Below are positions 33,925 to 47,550 of a DNA stretch of 64,000 nt, piece by piece. This DNA comes from Azolla caroliniana (taxonomy: Eukaryota; Plantae; Polypodiophyta), in the NCBI GenBank assembly GCA_043228905.1, contig JBHGNT010000013.1, forward strand, positions 5,890,001-5,954,000, written 5' to 3'. The translations under genes were made by a program, and so were the position numbers. Below the pieces are notes generated by a model. That model did no database searches, had not been told where the DNA came from, and saw only the letters and a program-made list of their open reading frames with translations. The stretch's first letter is position 1. Each line of letters opens with the position of its first letter.

Positions 33925-36900
33925 TGTCGTAGTGTATTTCGTACACTACGTGAAAAACGTACAAAATAAGTGATTCAATAAATATGAAGAAATAGAAGAA
34001 AATGTTAAATTACGTCATACATGCAGAGGGCAAGATTCGAACCTTGTACCTCCATGTACATAATATGAAGCTTTACCATTACAGTAACATATCATTAGTA
34101 TTAAAAAGACGTCCCACATAAAAAGGTAAGTACACACTAGGATAAACTTTAGTTAGAAGAAAACGCATGATAAAAGAAAAAGCTACACATGCATATCTAG
34201 TGTGCATGAACGCTATAGTCGATAAAAACGCATCAAGTTAGAAGAAGCATGATTACTTTAGAAAAAGCATGTTAAATAAAGCATATAAACTATTGATAGA
34301 AAAAGCATGGATTGCTAAGACTCTCTCATCATTATATAAGGATGGGGAGCACAATGTAATAGGGGGTGTGAAATATTTGGAAATTGGATATATTTCTAAA
34401 AACACCAATTAATAAATTCGTGGGATTCACGTAACAAACTATACTCGTGGGATTCACGAGATTTCTATATCTATCTCTTTCAATCTAAATTCATATTCTT
34501 ATCTTAATATTGATTAATCTAATACAATATACTTCTGGGTTTCACAAGTTTTTATATCTCTTTCTTATAATCTATTCATAACCAAACTCGTCTCAAATTC
34601 TTCCTCCTAGTCCAAAACCCTCGCGGTTCCCACCCGACTCATGCAACGATCCGGCACCGAAAGGCATGACACAGTTGGTGATCCAAACATGAAGACGGGT
34701 GGCAAGGAGATGGAGAATCAACAAGAGGCGATGTCCATGATGACGATGATGCTTAACCGCATACTACAAGAACAACGCCTGATGTCGGAGATCAAATCGG
34801 AAGTAGAGCGGCTTGTGCAAAGAAACGGGCAATTCAACGGAAAGGATGTGTCACATTATCTATGTGACTACAAGGGGGCGATAATGTGACATGGGATACC
34901 TGAAGGATTGCAAGTGATATCCTTTAGTTGGGTGGTCACAAATGAGCTACAAGAGAGAATTCAAAAGATACGGCAACAAAACCCAACATGGGGGTCCTTT
35001 GAAGAAGCTTTACGAGAGTCATATGATTACGAGAGATCGAAGGGACGAGATCAGTGAGAGTTCGATGAATGGGTGGCATCGGAGAAGACCCACAGAAGTG
35101 CAACATAAGCATTGCTCGAGTTCGAGAATCGTTTTGCTCGACTCTCGGAGCGGGAATAACGATTGGTGGGGGTGGATAAAGTCCTAATTTTTGTAAGATC
35201 AATTGATCGGAAAGAAAGGATGGACATCGGAATCGAACTCGAAGATGATGACGATGCAAATGGCCTTATCGAGGATTGGGCTGAAGTCAAAAGAGTATGC
35301 CGAAGATATGATAAGAGGAAGACGAGAATATTGTTGGCAACAACATGGCTGGCATGAAGGCTGAAATACAATATGATGGTACCACGGGAGAGAGTGTGGA
35401 ACAAGTCACCCTCTCGTCTTGCGAAAGAACGAAGGCCAAGGATAAGGTTGATGACTTGAGAGTGGCGAACACCACTTCAAGAACAGAAGAAGGTTTCGGA
35501 ATACAGGTATCCGAAACATCAAATGAAAAAGGGGTAAGCATAATCGATGCTTGCATGATCGAGGGAGATAAAGAGTGCGAGGTAGACTTGATTGAGTAGG
35601 TCGCCACGAAAGATGACATCGAATTAGAGGTGGCTATGGACGAATCAATGGCGGATGGCTGTATGAAAACTTTCCCACCACAAGTTCTAGAGACTTTGGT
35701 AGTTGCGTTTGAAAGACAATGTGAGACCGAAGAGATGGAAGGTGGCGGAGAGAAAACAAAGTTCGAACCCGATGCATACGATGGAGAGATAACCAAGAAG
35801 GTGGCTATGGGCGAAACAACAGAGAACGATAATACGGAGGATTCTTGCCCACTAATCCTAGACTTCGGCGGTTGTGTCCAAGAAGCAATATGAAACCGGA
35901 GAGATAGGAGATGACGGCGAGGAAGGTAAAGTTGGAAGCCGGTTCGGATGGAAGATGCTCCGTCCGAAATTCCGATCTAAACGAAAGCACGACAATGCGG
36001 AGGTCGGGTTTGCGTCGGGAGAAGCATGTAATAAGGAGCACGCGCTACAGCACAAAACGGAGCATGCACTACGATGGAATACGAAGCATGCACTACGGCG
36101 TAATACAACGAAAGCACTACGGTGAAAAATGAAGCGTGCATTACACCCGCACGTGAACCTAAGAGCAAGCGCCCATTCGGAGGTCGACATTGACGTGTGG
36201 GTAGAGCCTACGGAAGGCAAGCGCGGAACGGAGAGAGACAACACGACGAGATGCTCAGGATGAGGGGATGATTGAGCCAAAGGAGGAACGAAGGCGGCAC
36301 ATGAGGGGCAGAATCCGGCGTGCAATCGGAGTGACTGGGGTCCAATCGGAGGACCTACGCGGTGGACAATGGAAAGAAGTGTTGGAGGTCGAACCGATTG
36401 AGGCCAGTGAAAACAAGGAAAAGGAAACAAATCCGGATGGAAACCGATTGGTCGAAACCAACCCGAAAGGGGGCCAAATCAGTAAAAACCGATCAACCAA
36501 GTCCGAATCGGCCGAATACAAATCGGAACGGAAGCCGATTCAACCGAAAGACAATCAGACAAGACTGATTTAGAAATAAGCTAATCCGACTCAATTAGAG
36601 GTCGAAGAGATCAAGGCTGACGATTACGAGCAAGAGGTCAAGCTGGTGCACTACAAAGGATGACAAGGACCAAGCGGGCCAAGCAAATTTGAAGGGTGTT
36701 ACCAAGGATGAGATCTCGACAAAGAGGGCTATAACATGAAGATTGTCAACTCTAACGCGAGATTATATGACAAAGGTGGACAAAGTCGGAAGCATGGCAC
36801 ATGCACAAGACATGATGGGTTATGCTCAAGAGGAGCACGTGGAGCCGTGACAACCGGCCATGGCCATGCAAACAGTGAACGAAGACTATGGTGGGTCGGA

Positions 36901-37924
36901 TGACAACAATGGTTCGGCTGGAAAGAATGGATATGCTCAAAATGGAGAGACAAAGTCAACATAGCGAGCGAAACGAAGGGTACTACGAGTAAAGGAGAAT
37001 TACGAGAACCAGTGATTGGGCGGAGCCGGCAACCGGAAACCTGCAACTGAACAGAACCGGCAATGGGACGGGCAACGAAACCAATCGGGCGGAGACCGAA
37101 CGGAGGAGACTAACAATCACCGACAACTTCGGCACATACCAGAGGATGTTCGGGTTCGGAGGGGGCGAGTGTCCTAGTGTATTTCGTACACTACGTGAAA
37201 AACGTATAAAATAACCGATTCAATAAATATGAAGAAATAGAAGAAAATATTAAAATACATCATACATGAATAGGGCAAGATTCGAACCTTGTACCTCCAT
37301 GTACATAATGTGAAAATTTACCATTATAGTAACATATCATTAGTGTTAAAAAAGTAGACGTCCCACATAGAAAGGTAAGTACAGACTAGGATAAACTTTA
37401 GTTAGAAGAAAATGCAGGATAAAAGAAAAAGCTACACATGCACATCTAGCATGCATGAACGCTATAGTCGATAAAAACGCATCAAGTTAGAAGAAGCATG
37501 ATTACTTTAGAAAAAGCATGTTAAATAAAGCATATAAACTATTGATAGAAAAAGCATGGATTGCTAAGACTCTCTCATCATTATATAAGGATGGGGAGCA
37601 CAATGTAATAGGGGGTGTGAAATATTTGGAAATTGGATATATATTTCTAAAAACACCAATTAATAAATTCGTGGGATTCACGTAATAAACTATACTCTTG
37701 GGATTCACGAGATTTCTGTATCTATCTCTTTTAATCTAAATTCATATTCTTATCTTAATATTGATTAATCGAATACAATATACTTGTGGGATTCACAAGT
37801 TTTTATATCGCTTTCTTATAATCTATTCATAAACAAACTCGTCTCAAATTCTTCCTCCTCCTAGTCCAAAACCCTAGCGGTTCCCACCCGACTCATGCAA
37901 CGATCCGGCACCGAAGGCACGACA
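33925..37924 (+). mobile_element. W2: older non-autonomous Gag-only element of the W family
   Basis: LTRs 33925-34671 / 37170-37924; TSD ATGT/ACGT; degenerate Trp PBS (34676-34693); PPT GGAGGGGGCGAG (37158-37169); internal region colinear with W1. Confidence 0.93.
34690..37169 (+). pseudogene. W2 Gag-like ORF, disrupted
   Basis: MKTGGKEMENQQEAM...RNGQFNGKDVS and DKVLIFVRSIDRKERMDIGIELEDDD match W1; contains stops and frameshifts. Confidence 0.85.
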
Positions 37925-37928
37925 ACGT

Positions 37929-39459
37929 CGCTATACATTGCACGCCCTTCAAGTGGACAACAATCAAAGAAAAAGCTTATGATGCACTCAAGATAATGTT
38001 AACCCAGGCATCGGTCGTACAACCACCAGATGGGCGAAACCTTTTCATTTCTTCGTGGATGCGTCAGATATAGCAATAGGGAGCGCATTGATGCAGGTCA
38101 CGAAGCCGAATTGGTACAGACTAGTCTATTACGCTAGTTGTAAGCTATCAACTATTGAACGAAACTACTCCACGACTGAACGGGAGACGTTGGGGATGAT
38201 ATACATCATCAACAAAATCCGGCATTACCTATTAGGGCGCAAATTTACGTTTCACGTAGATCACGCGACGTTACTGTACCTGGGTTATAAACAGGCACTA
38301 ATAGGGAAGCTGGCCAGACGGATGTTGCTGCTCTAGGAGTTCGACTTCTTATTTTAGCATCGGTCAGGTACGCAACATGCCGTAGCGGATTTCTTAAGCA
38401 GAATGGATAACGGAGAAAATGCGCGGAAGGATGACGACGACTTTCCCGACGCTTACCTTTTGCGGATCGTGACTATAACTTCATGGGTAGAGAAATTTTT
38501 TTAGGATCGCTGGTTGATGGAGATGATGTACTTTCTAACCACGGGATTGCCACCTCCGTAGCTAAGGACGGACGAAAAGAAACGACTGGTTGTCGGTAGT
38601 CGTAACTTTTGCCTGGTCGAAGGGGTCCTTTATCACAAGGGCAACGATGGAATTTGGTGACACGGGATACGACAGGATGACAAGGAAGCTGTTTTGCGCG
38701 AAGCTCACTACTATACGGTAGGAGGACATTACGCGGGCAATGTTACGTCCAGAAAAATATGGCAAGCAGGCTTATGGTGGCCAACTACGCAAAAAGATGC
38801 GCATCTATACTGTAGACAATGCGATATATGTCAACAATTGGGGCAGTCCACGGAGGTCGCAAGGATGGCACACCAATCGGCTCTTCCGCTGGATCCATTC
38901 CAGAAACGAGGTCTTGATTTTGTCAATCCCTTTACGCTGGGAGCAGCAAGGACCGGCAATAGATATATTTCTGTGGCCATAGATTATTGCACTAAATAGG
39001 TAGAAGCAAAAGCGCTACGGGACAATATGGCGGCATCCATGGCGAAATTTCTTTACGAATACAATTGGTGCCGTTTTGGTTGCCCCATCGAGCTCATCAG
39101 TGATCAAGGGAGCCACTTTCTAAATTCGGTCATCCAGGAATTGACACGCCATTATACCGTCATTCATAAGAATAGCACGTCATATTACCCGCAGGCGATA
39201 CATTTGGTGTCGTTTTGGCTGCCCCATCGAGCTCATTAGTGATCAAGGGAGCCACTTTTTGAATTCGGTCATCCAAGAACTGACATAGCATTCACCGTCG
39301 TTCATAAGAAGAGCATGCCGTATTACCCACAGGCGAATGGGTTATCAGAGTCCACGAACTAAATCTCACAGACCATATTGAAAAAAATCGTGAATGAGAA
39401 TAGAACAGACTAGGAAACCAAACTACACACCATTTTGTGGGCGTATCAGACAAGCTACA
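37929..39459 (+). pseudogene. H RNase H and integrase segment (includes a ~138-bp internal duplication at ~39066-39335)
   Basis: DASDIAIGSALMQ, NYSTTERE, GGHYAG..WQAGLWWPT..CDICQ, ISDQGSHF. Confidence 0.9.
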
Positions 39460-39479
39460 TGTTAGGATTTCGGTCCCTC

Positions 39480-39690
39480 CGGATGGGATGATGAAGGCCC
39501 GGTGAAAACCGGATGATGAGTAACCGGCAAGGAAGACCCAGTGAGAACCAGATGATGAGTACCCGGCAAGGAAGACCCGGTGAGAACCTGATGATGAAGG
39601 CCTGGTGAGAACCAGATGATAGGTACCCGGCAAGGAAGACCCGGTGAGAACCGGATGACACAAGCCCGGTGAGAACCTCTCATCGGATGA
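39480..39690 (+). repeat. Tandem ~22/41-bp CCGG-rich repeats in U3 of the C2 5' LTR
   Basis: GGTGAGAACC(G/A)GATGATGA... reiterated about 6 times; only about 2 copies in the 3' LTR. Confidence 0.85.
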
Positions 39691-40194
39691 AGGGACATAT
39701 ATGGAAATATGTTTCTGAGAGCCCATTGGGGCCATATCTGTAAATAGTCCTAATGTCACATTAGTATAAATATGACCTAGGGCAAACAGAGTGTTGTATG
39801 TATCGTTGTTGTTGTCATTATTTGTTGTATAGAGTTATTGGTGTAATTGTTGTAGAGAGCGTAGCAGAGAGAGAGATATAGAGTGATTCTCTGTTGTAAC
39901 CGCCGCCAGGCAAAGATTGTGAGCAAGGGGTTGTTGCCTTTGTGTTCACCTATTGTATTCTCCTTACATAATGATAGTTCGGAGTTTGTGGACTCCCGTG
40001 GTTTTTCCCATTTAGGGTTTTCCACGTTAACATACTGTGTACCCTCTCTCATATTGTCTATGTGTACGTGTATTCACGTCCATTCCCATTCTCGGTGTTC
40101 AATTCTAAACGACACAATCTGAGACTCGGTTGTAGCCGAGTAATATTCCGCATATTTCGTGTCAATCTGGTATTAGAGCAAAACAACACAAAAA

Positions 40195-43100
40195 ATGGAA
40201 GATTCATTTGGCGGCATGTTCAAGCTCCCCAGTTCCAACTACTCAGTGTGGAAGTCGAAGATGAGAGACATGCTCGTGGTTAAGGATCTTTGGTTGCCGC
40301 TTCAGCTTGGGGACAAGAGACCGGACAAGATCGATGCCACGATATGGGAGGTGATGCATATGAAGAGAACGGCGTACATACGGTGTTTCATCGACATGAG
40401 CCTGTACAACAACTTTAATGAGGAAAGTAAGCCTCATGAGCTGTAGGATAAGATTGACATTATGTTCCAGAACAAAAATGTTGTTAATCGGGTTTCGGTA
40501 TTCCGGAAGCTAGTGCGGCTCCGGTACCAAGATGGCTCCAGCATGGCGGAGCACATGAATGCCTTCCAGGGGTTGATTTAATAGGCAACATCATTGGAAG
40601 TACCTCTCGCTGATGAGGTACTAGCATTACTCCTACTCGGTTCCCTCCCGGATAGTTGGGAGACGTTAGTTGTCACTTTGGGCAACGCCGGGCCGGAAGG
40701 AAAACAATTATCCCTAGCAAGAGTCAAGTTGAGCTTGCTAGATGAGGAGGCGCGTTGGAAAGACAAGGATACGAGCTCTGACTCCAAAGCGCTCCTTACC
40801 AAATCGGAACGTGGAAGACAAAGGAACCGGAGTTCCCATAACCGGGAAAAGTCGGGGACACGGTCAAAGTCAAGGGGGACGCCCACTTGCTTATATTGCG
40901 GCAAGCCGAGGCACTTCCAGAAGAACTGTCGGCATTTTAGGAAAGACAAGGAAACCGACAGTACCGATTCGAAGTGGTCACCGGGCCGGAGGGGACCGAA
41001 GCAGAAGGAAACTACGACAATCGCGGCAAGTGAAGAAGATTTGATGCTCATCACCAAGGAGAGTGAGTTGAACCTTGCCGGCGACGAGACAATGTGGGTT
41101 GTCGATTTCGGAGCGTCGTTCCACCTAACCCCGGACCGGAAATGCTTCTCATCCTACACAGCCGGTGAGCATGGCTGTGTCCGGATGGGGAATGAAGGTA
41201 CATGCCGAATTGTTGGCATAGGAGATGTGTGGTTGACAACATCAACCGGATGCAAGTTGCTGCTGAAGGATGTCCGACACGTTCTGGAGGTTCGACTGAA
41301 CGTAATATCAACCGGTCGGCTAGATGATGAAGGCTACACAGGTAGCATCCGGAATGGTGTCATGAAGTTCTGCAAAGGGGACTTGATAGTGGCTCGAGCC
41401 CGGAAAGTCAACACATTGTACCTAATGAATGCCCGGTTATGCCAGGAAGAAGTGAACGTTGCATCCGACATTGCCGGTGAGCTGTGGCACAAGAGACTGT
41501 GTCACATGAGAGAGAAGGGGATGAAGAGGCTTGCTGATGACAACCTCATCCCGGTGAAAGACATGCAGCTTGTTAAGTGCACCGACTGCCTGGCCGGCGA
41601 GCAAAACCAGACCTCCTTCCGATCAAGGCCACCGATGAGAAGTAATGTAGCACTGGAGCTCGTGCATACCGATGTGTCTCAAGTGGACACGAAGTCACAT
41701 GCTGGATCGCAATACTTTGTGACATTCATAGATGACCACAGCCGGAAGCTGTAGGCCACACCATTGAAGACGAAGGATCAAGTGTTATCCATCTTCAAGG
41801 AGCTCCACGAGAGAGTGGAAAGAGAAACCGGCTGGAAGCTGAAGGCGGTTCAAGCAGATATCGGAGAAGAATACCGGGGGCAGTTCAAGGAGTATTGCTG
41901 CTCGAAGGGAATCTGGCTCGAATTTACCGTGCCGAAGACGTCGAAACTAAAGGGGCTGGCCGAGAGGTTGAACCGGACCATAATTGAGAGGGTCCGGAGT
42001 ATGCTAGCAAATGCTAAGTTATTCAAGACGTTTTGGACTGAGGCGTTGGCGACAATGATGTATGTGATAAACAGATCACCCTCAGTGCCCTTGGAGGGAG
42101 ACACGCCGCAGAGAGTGTGGACCGGTAAGGAAGTGTCTTATCGGCATCTAAAGGTTTTCGGGTGTCTCTCTTACGTGCATGTTGCAAAGGACCGGAGAGC
42201 AAAGTTGGATCCAAAGTCCCGGCCTTGCATATTCCTCGAATACGACGATGATGAGTTCGGCTACCGAGTGTGGGATCCGGTCGACAAGAAGGTTTTCCGG
42301 AGTCGAGATATTATCTTCATGGAGGACTAGACCCTTGTCGACTGGCAGTCGAAGAAGAAGCCGATGATTGTGTATTTGTGAAGAAGTTTGAAGGTGGAAA
42401 CTTCCTGATACTCCTCCTGTACGTGGACAACATGTTGATCGTCGGAAGAGACCAAGTCAAGATACGGATGCTGAAGAAGGCTCTGAACCGGACCTTCTCA
42501 ATGAAAGACTTGGGTCCGGCAAGACAGATACTGGGATGCATATCATCCGGGACCAGTCAAAGAAGCAATTGTAGGATTCATAGGAGAAGTATGTGACAAA
42601 GGTGCTTCATCGGTTGAACATGTCAGATGCTAAACCGGTCGGATCGACACTCACGACAAACTGCAGGTTATCTGTTAAGCAAAGCCTGAAGGCGAAGGCA
42701 GAGAAAGTGGATATGATGAAGATACCATATGCCTTTCTCGTCGGGAGCTTAATGTACGCAATGGTGTGTACCCGACCGGATATCGGATACGCAGTCAGAG
42801 TGGTGAGCCATTTCATGACCAATCCCAACAAGGAGCACTGGAATGCAGTAAAATGGATACTTCGGTACTTGAAAGGCACCTCAAGTATGTGTCTCCGATT
42901 CAGCTCCGGTAAACCCCAACTTGATGGTTTTACCGATTTGGATATGTCGGTTGATGCGGATACCAGCCGGTCAACATTCAGATACGTCATGACATATGCA
43001 GGGGGGGCTGTTTCGTGGTAGTCGAGGTTGCAGAAGACGGTTGCATTGTCAACCACGGAAGCAGAGTACATGGCAATTGTGGAAGCCAACAATGAAGGAC

Positions 43101-43355
43101 TTCATCGGACAGCTAGGGATTCGGCAAGAGGAATACAGGCTCTATTGCGACAGTCAAAGTGTCATCCACCTTGCGAAGAACACGACGTATCATTCCAGGA
43201 CGAAGCACATCTAGCGTAGGTACCACTAGATCCAGGAGCGAGTTGAAGATCAAGAGTTCGTGCTGATGAAGATCCACACGGACGAGAACGGGTCGGATAT
43301 GCTAGACGCATGCTGGAAGCTGGTTGGACTAACTAGACATCCCATGCCAGAGTGA
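40195..43355 (+). pseudogene. C2 gag-pol pseudogene; ~0.8 kb of integrase linker and RT N-half deleted at ~42360
   Basis: NYSVWK gag, CLYCGKPRHFQKNC, WVVDFGASFH, LWHKRLCH. Sequence jumps from IIFMED..SKKK to DDCVFVKKFEGG relative to C3. Confidence 0.9.
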
Positions 43356-43618
43356 AGGGGGAGTTTGTTAGGATTTCGGTCCCTCCGGATGGGATGATGA
43401 GGGCCCGGTAAGAACTGGATGACGTAGGCCCAGTCAGAACCTCTCACCGGATGAAGGGACATATATGGAAATATGTTTCTGAGAGCCCATTGGGGCCATA
43501 TCTGTAAATAGTCCTAATGTCACATTAGTATAAATATGACCTAGGGCAAACAAAGTGCTCTGTGTATCGTTGTTGTTGTCATTATTTGTTGTATAGAGTT
43601 ATTGGTATAACTGCTATA

Positions 43619-43643
43619 CAGAGAGAGAGAGAGGGGGGGGGGG

Positions 43644-43697
<54 letters not shown>
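43619..43697. repeat. (GA)n microsatellite with an internal G-run in the C2 3' LTR
   Basis: About 30 GA units plus a run of about 14 G; short in the 5' LTR. Confidence 0.95.
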
Positions 43698-43699
<2 letters not shown>

Positions 43700-43990
43700 C
43701 AGAGTGATTCTCTATTGTAACCGCCGCCAGGCAAAGATTGTGAGCAAGAGGTTGTTGCCTCTGTGTTCACCTGTTGTATTCCCCTTACATAGTGATAGTT
43801 CGGAGTTTGTGGACTCCCATGGTTTTTCCCATTTAGGGTTTTTGACATTAACATACTGTGTAACCTCTCTCATATTGTCTATGTGTACTTGTATTCACCT
43901 CCATTCCCATTCTTGGTGTTCGATTCTAAACGACACAATCTGAGACTCAGTTGTGGCCGAGTAATATTCCGCATATTTCGCGTCACGACA

Positions 43991-44490
43991 GAACTAGCAT
44001 ACAGTGCACGCCTTTCCAGCTAGCATTTGGGTTAGAAGCCGTAATGCCCATCGAATTCCAGGTGCCCAGTCTGAGGATTCAAGTATGGGACCTACTATCA
44101 GAAGACAAGTCCGAGGAAATATGGCTACAACAACTTTTCGAATTAGGCGAGGCTCGGGTCCCTAGTATGGCAATACTTGAGCAAGTGCAGTGATGGCATA
44201 AAGCATTTATGGATCGGCATCGGGACGTAGTAGAGAAAGACTTTGCAGTGGGGATGGTTGTATTAGTTTTTCAAACACGCATCGGTCAAATGCCAGGGAA
44301 ATTACGGTTCTGTTGAACGGGGCCGTACTGGATAATTGGAGTGGAAAAAGACACTTTCCAATTAGGTACCCTCGCCGGAAATGTACTTTGATAAAAATTG
44401 AATGGGTTCTGATTAAAACCTTATCTGGGACCTACACCTCCGAACCCGTTTCACGTCGTAACTGACATGGCAGATGGGTCCCTAGACTAA
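43991..44490 (+). pseudogene. H integrase C-terminal segment
   Basis: TPFQLAFGLEAVMPIEFQVPSLR...MPGKLRF..GPYW; joins YQTSY|RTS across C2. Confidence 0.9.
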
Positions 44491-46700
44491 TTAATAGATG
44501 GGGCCCACTTGTAATATAATGTAATAGTAATATTGTACTTAACCGTTAAAAAAATAAAAATAAAAAAGAGAGAGAGAAGATAGTCATGACTACTAAACGG
44601 ACTTTATGCATGCACAAACTTCAAGATCAAGAACACGCGGCACCATGATGTCACACAGGCCAATAAACCCTAGAGCACAAAAAGAGGAAAACAAAAGGTT
44701 TTCTGCACATTATAGAAAACAGAATTCAGCCTTCAGCTTTCCTCGCTCTCCTCACTCTCCACCATACCACAGAACCCATGCTCACTGTAGCCTGCAAGCT
44801 TCACTCAGTCTTCACAAGCCCCATCCATCCATGATGCTGATCACCATCTCTGCAACTTTACGCATATGGCTCTTGGAAAAGGGTTTTGAGGGGTACATCA
44901 AGGTCGCCAAGGCACCATCACATCTGGATGCTCTCGATATCGCCAAAAAGCTCAACGTGGACACTGTGACAAACACCACCATTCGGATGAAATTGGACCT
45001 CGCTGTGAATGGGGAGAAACATTTCGACATTCCTCCTACAGAATTCCTAGGAAAATATTTTGGGGAATATTTTGTATCAGCCAAGGCATACAAAACATAA
45101 GACATCCCGAACCCATTCTTTTGGAAAATAGCCAAGTTCTTACTTGAGGTCGGTTGCGTGCACATCAACGCTTACGAGATGGCAAAACAAAAGGCAGGTA
45201 TCATCAATGATATATTCGAGAGGCGCACAGTAGATTGGGGATTGATTACGTGGCCAACGCTAAGAGAGGGCCTACACGCATACTAGGCCGGCAAACACTT
45301 AAGGACGATTATACAACAATACCTTACAACATTGTTTCCAGCTCGCGGCCTGCCCGCCCCACAGTCTAGTAAACCTAAGCTGCCGCCACAATCCACGAAA
45401 CGACGGTTATCGGAATTGGCATCCACGGAATGGGAGGAGAAACCACAACCTTCCCGCCCCGTAGCGCAACTGATGCAGTTGGAACAACTAGCAAGGGCGG
45501 TCGAAGCAACAAACGGAACAGAACCAACAAAACCCCAGGCCGAAACTTCGAAGATTAGATCAGAAGAGTGGTCGCGGACTGGTCAAAGATACAACCGCCC
45601 CAGTCGACGTTTCTGCCCCTACGGAGCCCGTAACTACATTAGAGATAATCCAGGAGCCGCAACTGATCATTACGACACAGTTGCAACATGGAAAAGGAGT
45701 GCTCACCGCGGAATTTGAGGTCCTTAAGTATCTAGACATCCCAGATACGGCCCATGAGTTCAGCGCACTGTTACAGTTTGGAACGACTTACGAACTCATG
45801 GAATTTTTGGTGAGACAACAAATCAAGGTCTCCTAGAGAATGGCCGAGGAGATTGCGGAACAACAAATGATTGAGTGTGCACTGATGAGAATGGAGGAAA
45901 GTGAAGATGAGGGGTCCCTCACCAAGGTAGGTAGGCAACAGAACGCGGGGATTTGCCGCATGGGCATTGAATTACCCTCATTGAATACGGCCCTCGTCGA
46001 AGTGCATAGGGAATTGGCTAAAGTCAGTATGGGCATGAAAGATATGGCTATTAAAAATAAAAATGGCTGGAAAATAGTCAAGCTGACTCAAGCTCAACTG
46101 CAGAAGGCCCAAGAGCGCATTGCAAAATTAGAATGCAGCACAACTACGGCGCAACAAAACCCCGAACCGACATCCAGCGATGACGCATCGAAGCACAGAC
46201 CGCCATCGCCACAAAAGTGAAAAGAGCTATGCAACTAGCTGAATCCGAGATTGACGGCCTCCTCGCGAAACTCCGCCATTCATCAAACAAAGAAATGGAT
46301 ATCCGGGCCAAAGAATGACGGACTGTGAAAGCACTAGAGGATAAGCTCTAGGCGGAGACAACGGCACACCACCAGAAAAGAAGAAAACAAAAAGTTGTGT
46401 GAGGAAGCCCAAAAGACAGAAGCTGTTATCACAGGACTCTGGGAGTTATTGGAAAAGAAGAAAGCATGGTACGATGAATAGCTTGTGCGGGAACAGGAAC
46501 TTACGCATCAAGTATAAGTCCGCCTGAACAATGAAATGGGTTGGCTAGAGTAACTACACTTGAAAGAATCCCAAATATGGGCAAAGATGAAGAGACATTA
46601 TGAGGAAGCGGCTACGACCAATAAGCGTAAATTCGAAAACCTCAAGAAAGCCCTGGATGAGGCGCAAGCTTGCTCCCAAACGATAACGGACAATATACGC

Positions 46701-47550
46701 TGTCGTGCCTTTCGGCTCCGGATCGTTGCGTGAGTCGGGTGGGAACCACAGAGGTCTTGGACTAGGAGAAAGAAGTTCGTGAGATAGAGATTAATTATGA
46801 GTAAATAGCAAAGAGAAAGATAAGAAACTCGTGAATCACACGAGTATATTGGTACTTAGGGTGTTAAGAGAGAAGTAGACGTATAAATCGTGAATCCCAC
46901 GAATAATTTTTGTATTGATTAATACTTAATCCAAATAATCAACAACCCTTTATATATTTCTCTCCTCCTTATATAAGGAAGGAAGAGCTAAGCATGGCTT
47001 CATGCTTTTTTTTACAAAAAGTGTTCATGTCCACTAAATGTGCATGTGATGCTTTTTTATTTCCTAAGTATAGGGCTCATGCACGCTAGATGTGCATGAG
47101 TTATTTTTAGTGTCTCGTGTTTTTCTTTTTTTCTTTTTCATATATTAAAAAAATACACGATTTACCTTTTAATAAAGGTATGCATAAATAAAGGTCTTAT
47201 ACGTATTAAATCTATATTTAAAACACTTAAGATAATTTAATGTAATGGTAAGGTCGGGGTTTGTCAACGTGGAGGTGCAGAGTTCGAATCACGCCCTGCG
47301 TAGTAGTGAGTATTTCCTTTTTTTTACATTTATGTCTCTTTATCCGGCTCTTCCTTGCCGGTATGCCGTTTTCTTCCTTGCCGGTATGCCGTTTTCCTCC
47401 TTGCCGGTATGCCGTTTTTCCTCCTTGCCGGTATGCCGTTTTCCTCCTTGCCGGTATGCCGTTTTCTTCCGGTTCTCACTGAGCACTCCATTCTCTATCC
47501 GGAGGGACAAAAATATAATTTCCACATAGTGTGCAACCTACACTACGACA
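46701..47550 (-). repeat. 3' LTR of W3 (5 copies of a 23-bp repeat at ~47351-47466)
   Basis: TCCTTGCCGGTATGCCGTTTTC(T/C) x5. Confidence 0.95.

Larger units (their letters stand above)
39460..43985 (+). mobile_element. C2: Tork-like Ty1/copia with an internal deletion
   Basis: LTRs 39460-40164 / 43366-43985; TSD CTACA/CGACA; PBS TGGTATTAGAGC (40168-40179); PPT AGTGAAGGGGGAG (43351-43363). Confidence 0.93.

Noticed and set aside
47351-47466. 23-bp repeats as a CRISPR-like array
   Set aside because: Units are head-to-tail with no spacers, lie inside LTRs, and no cas genes are present.
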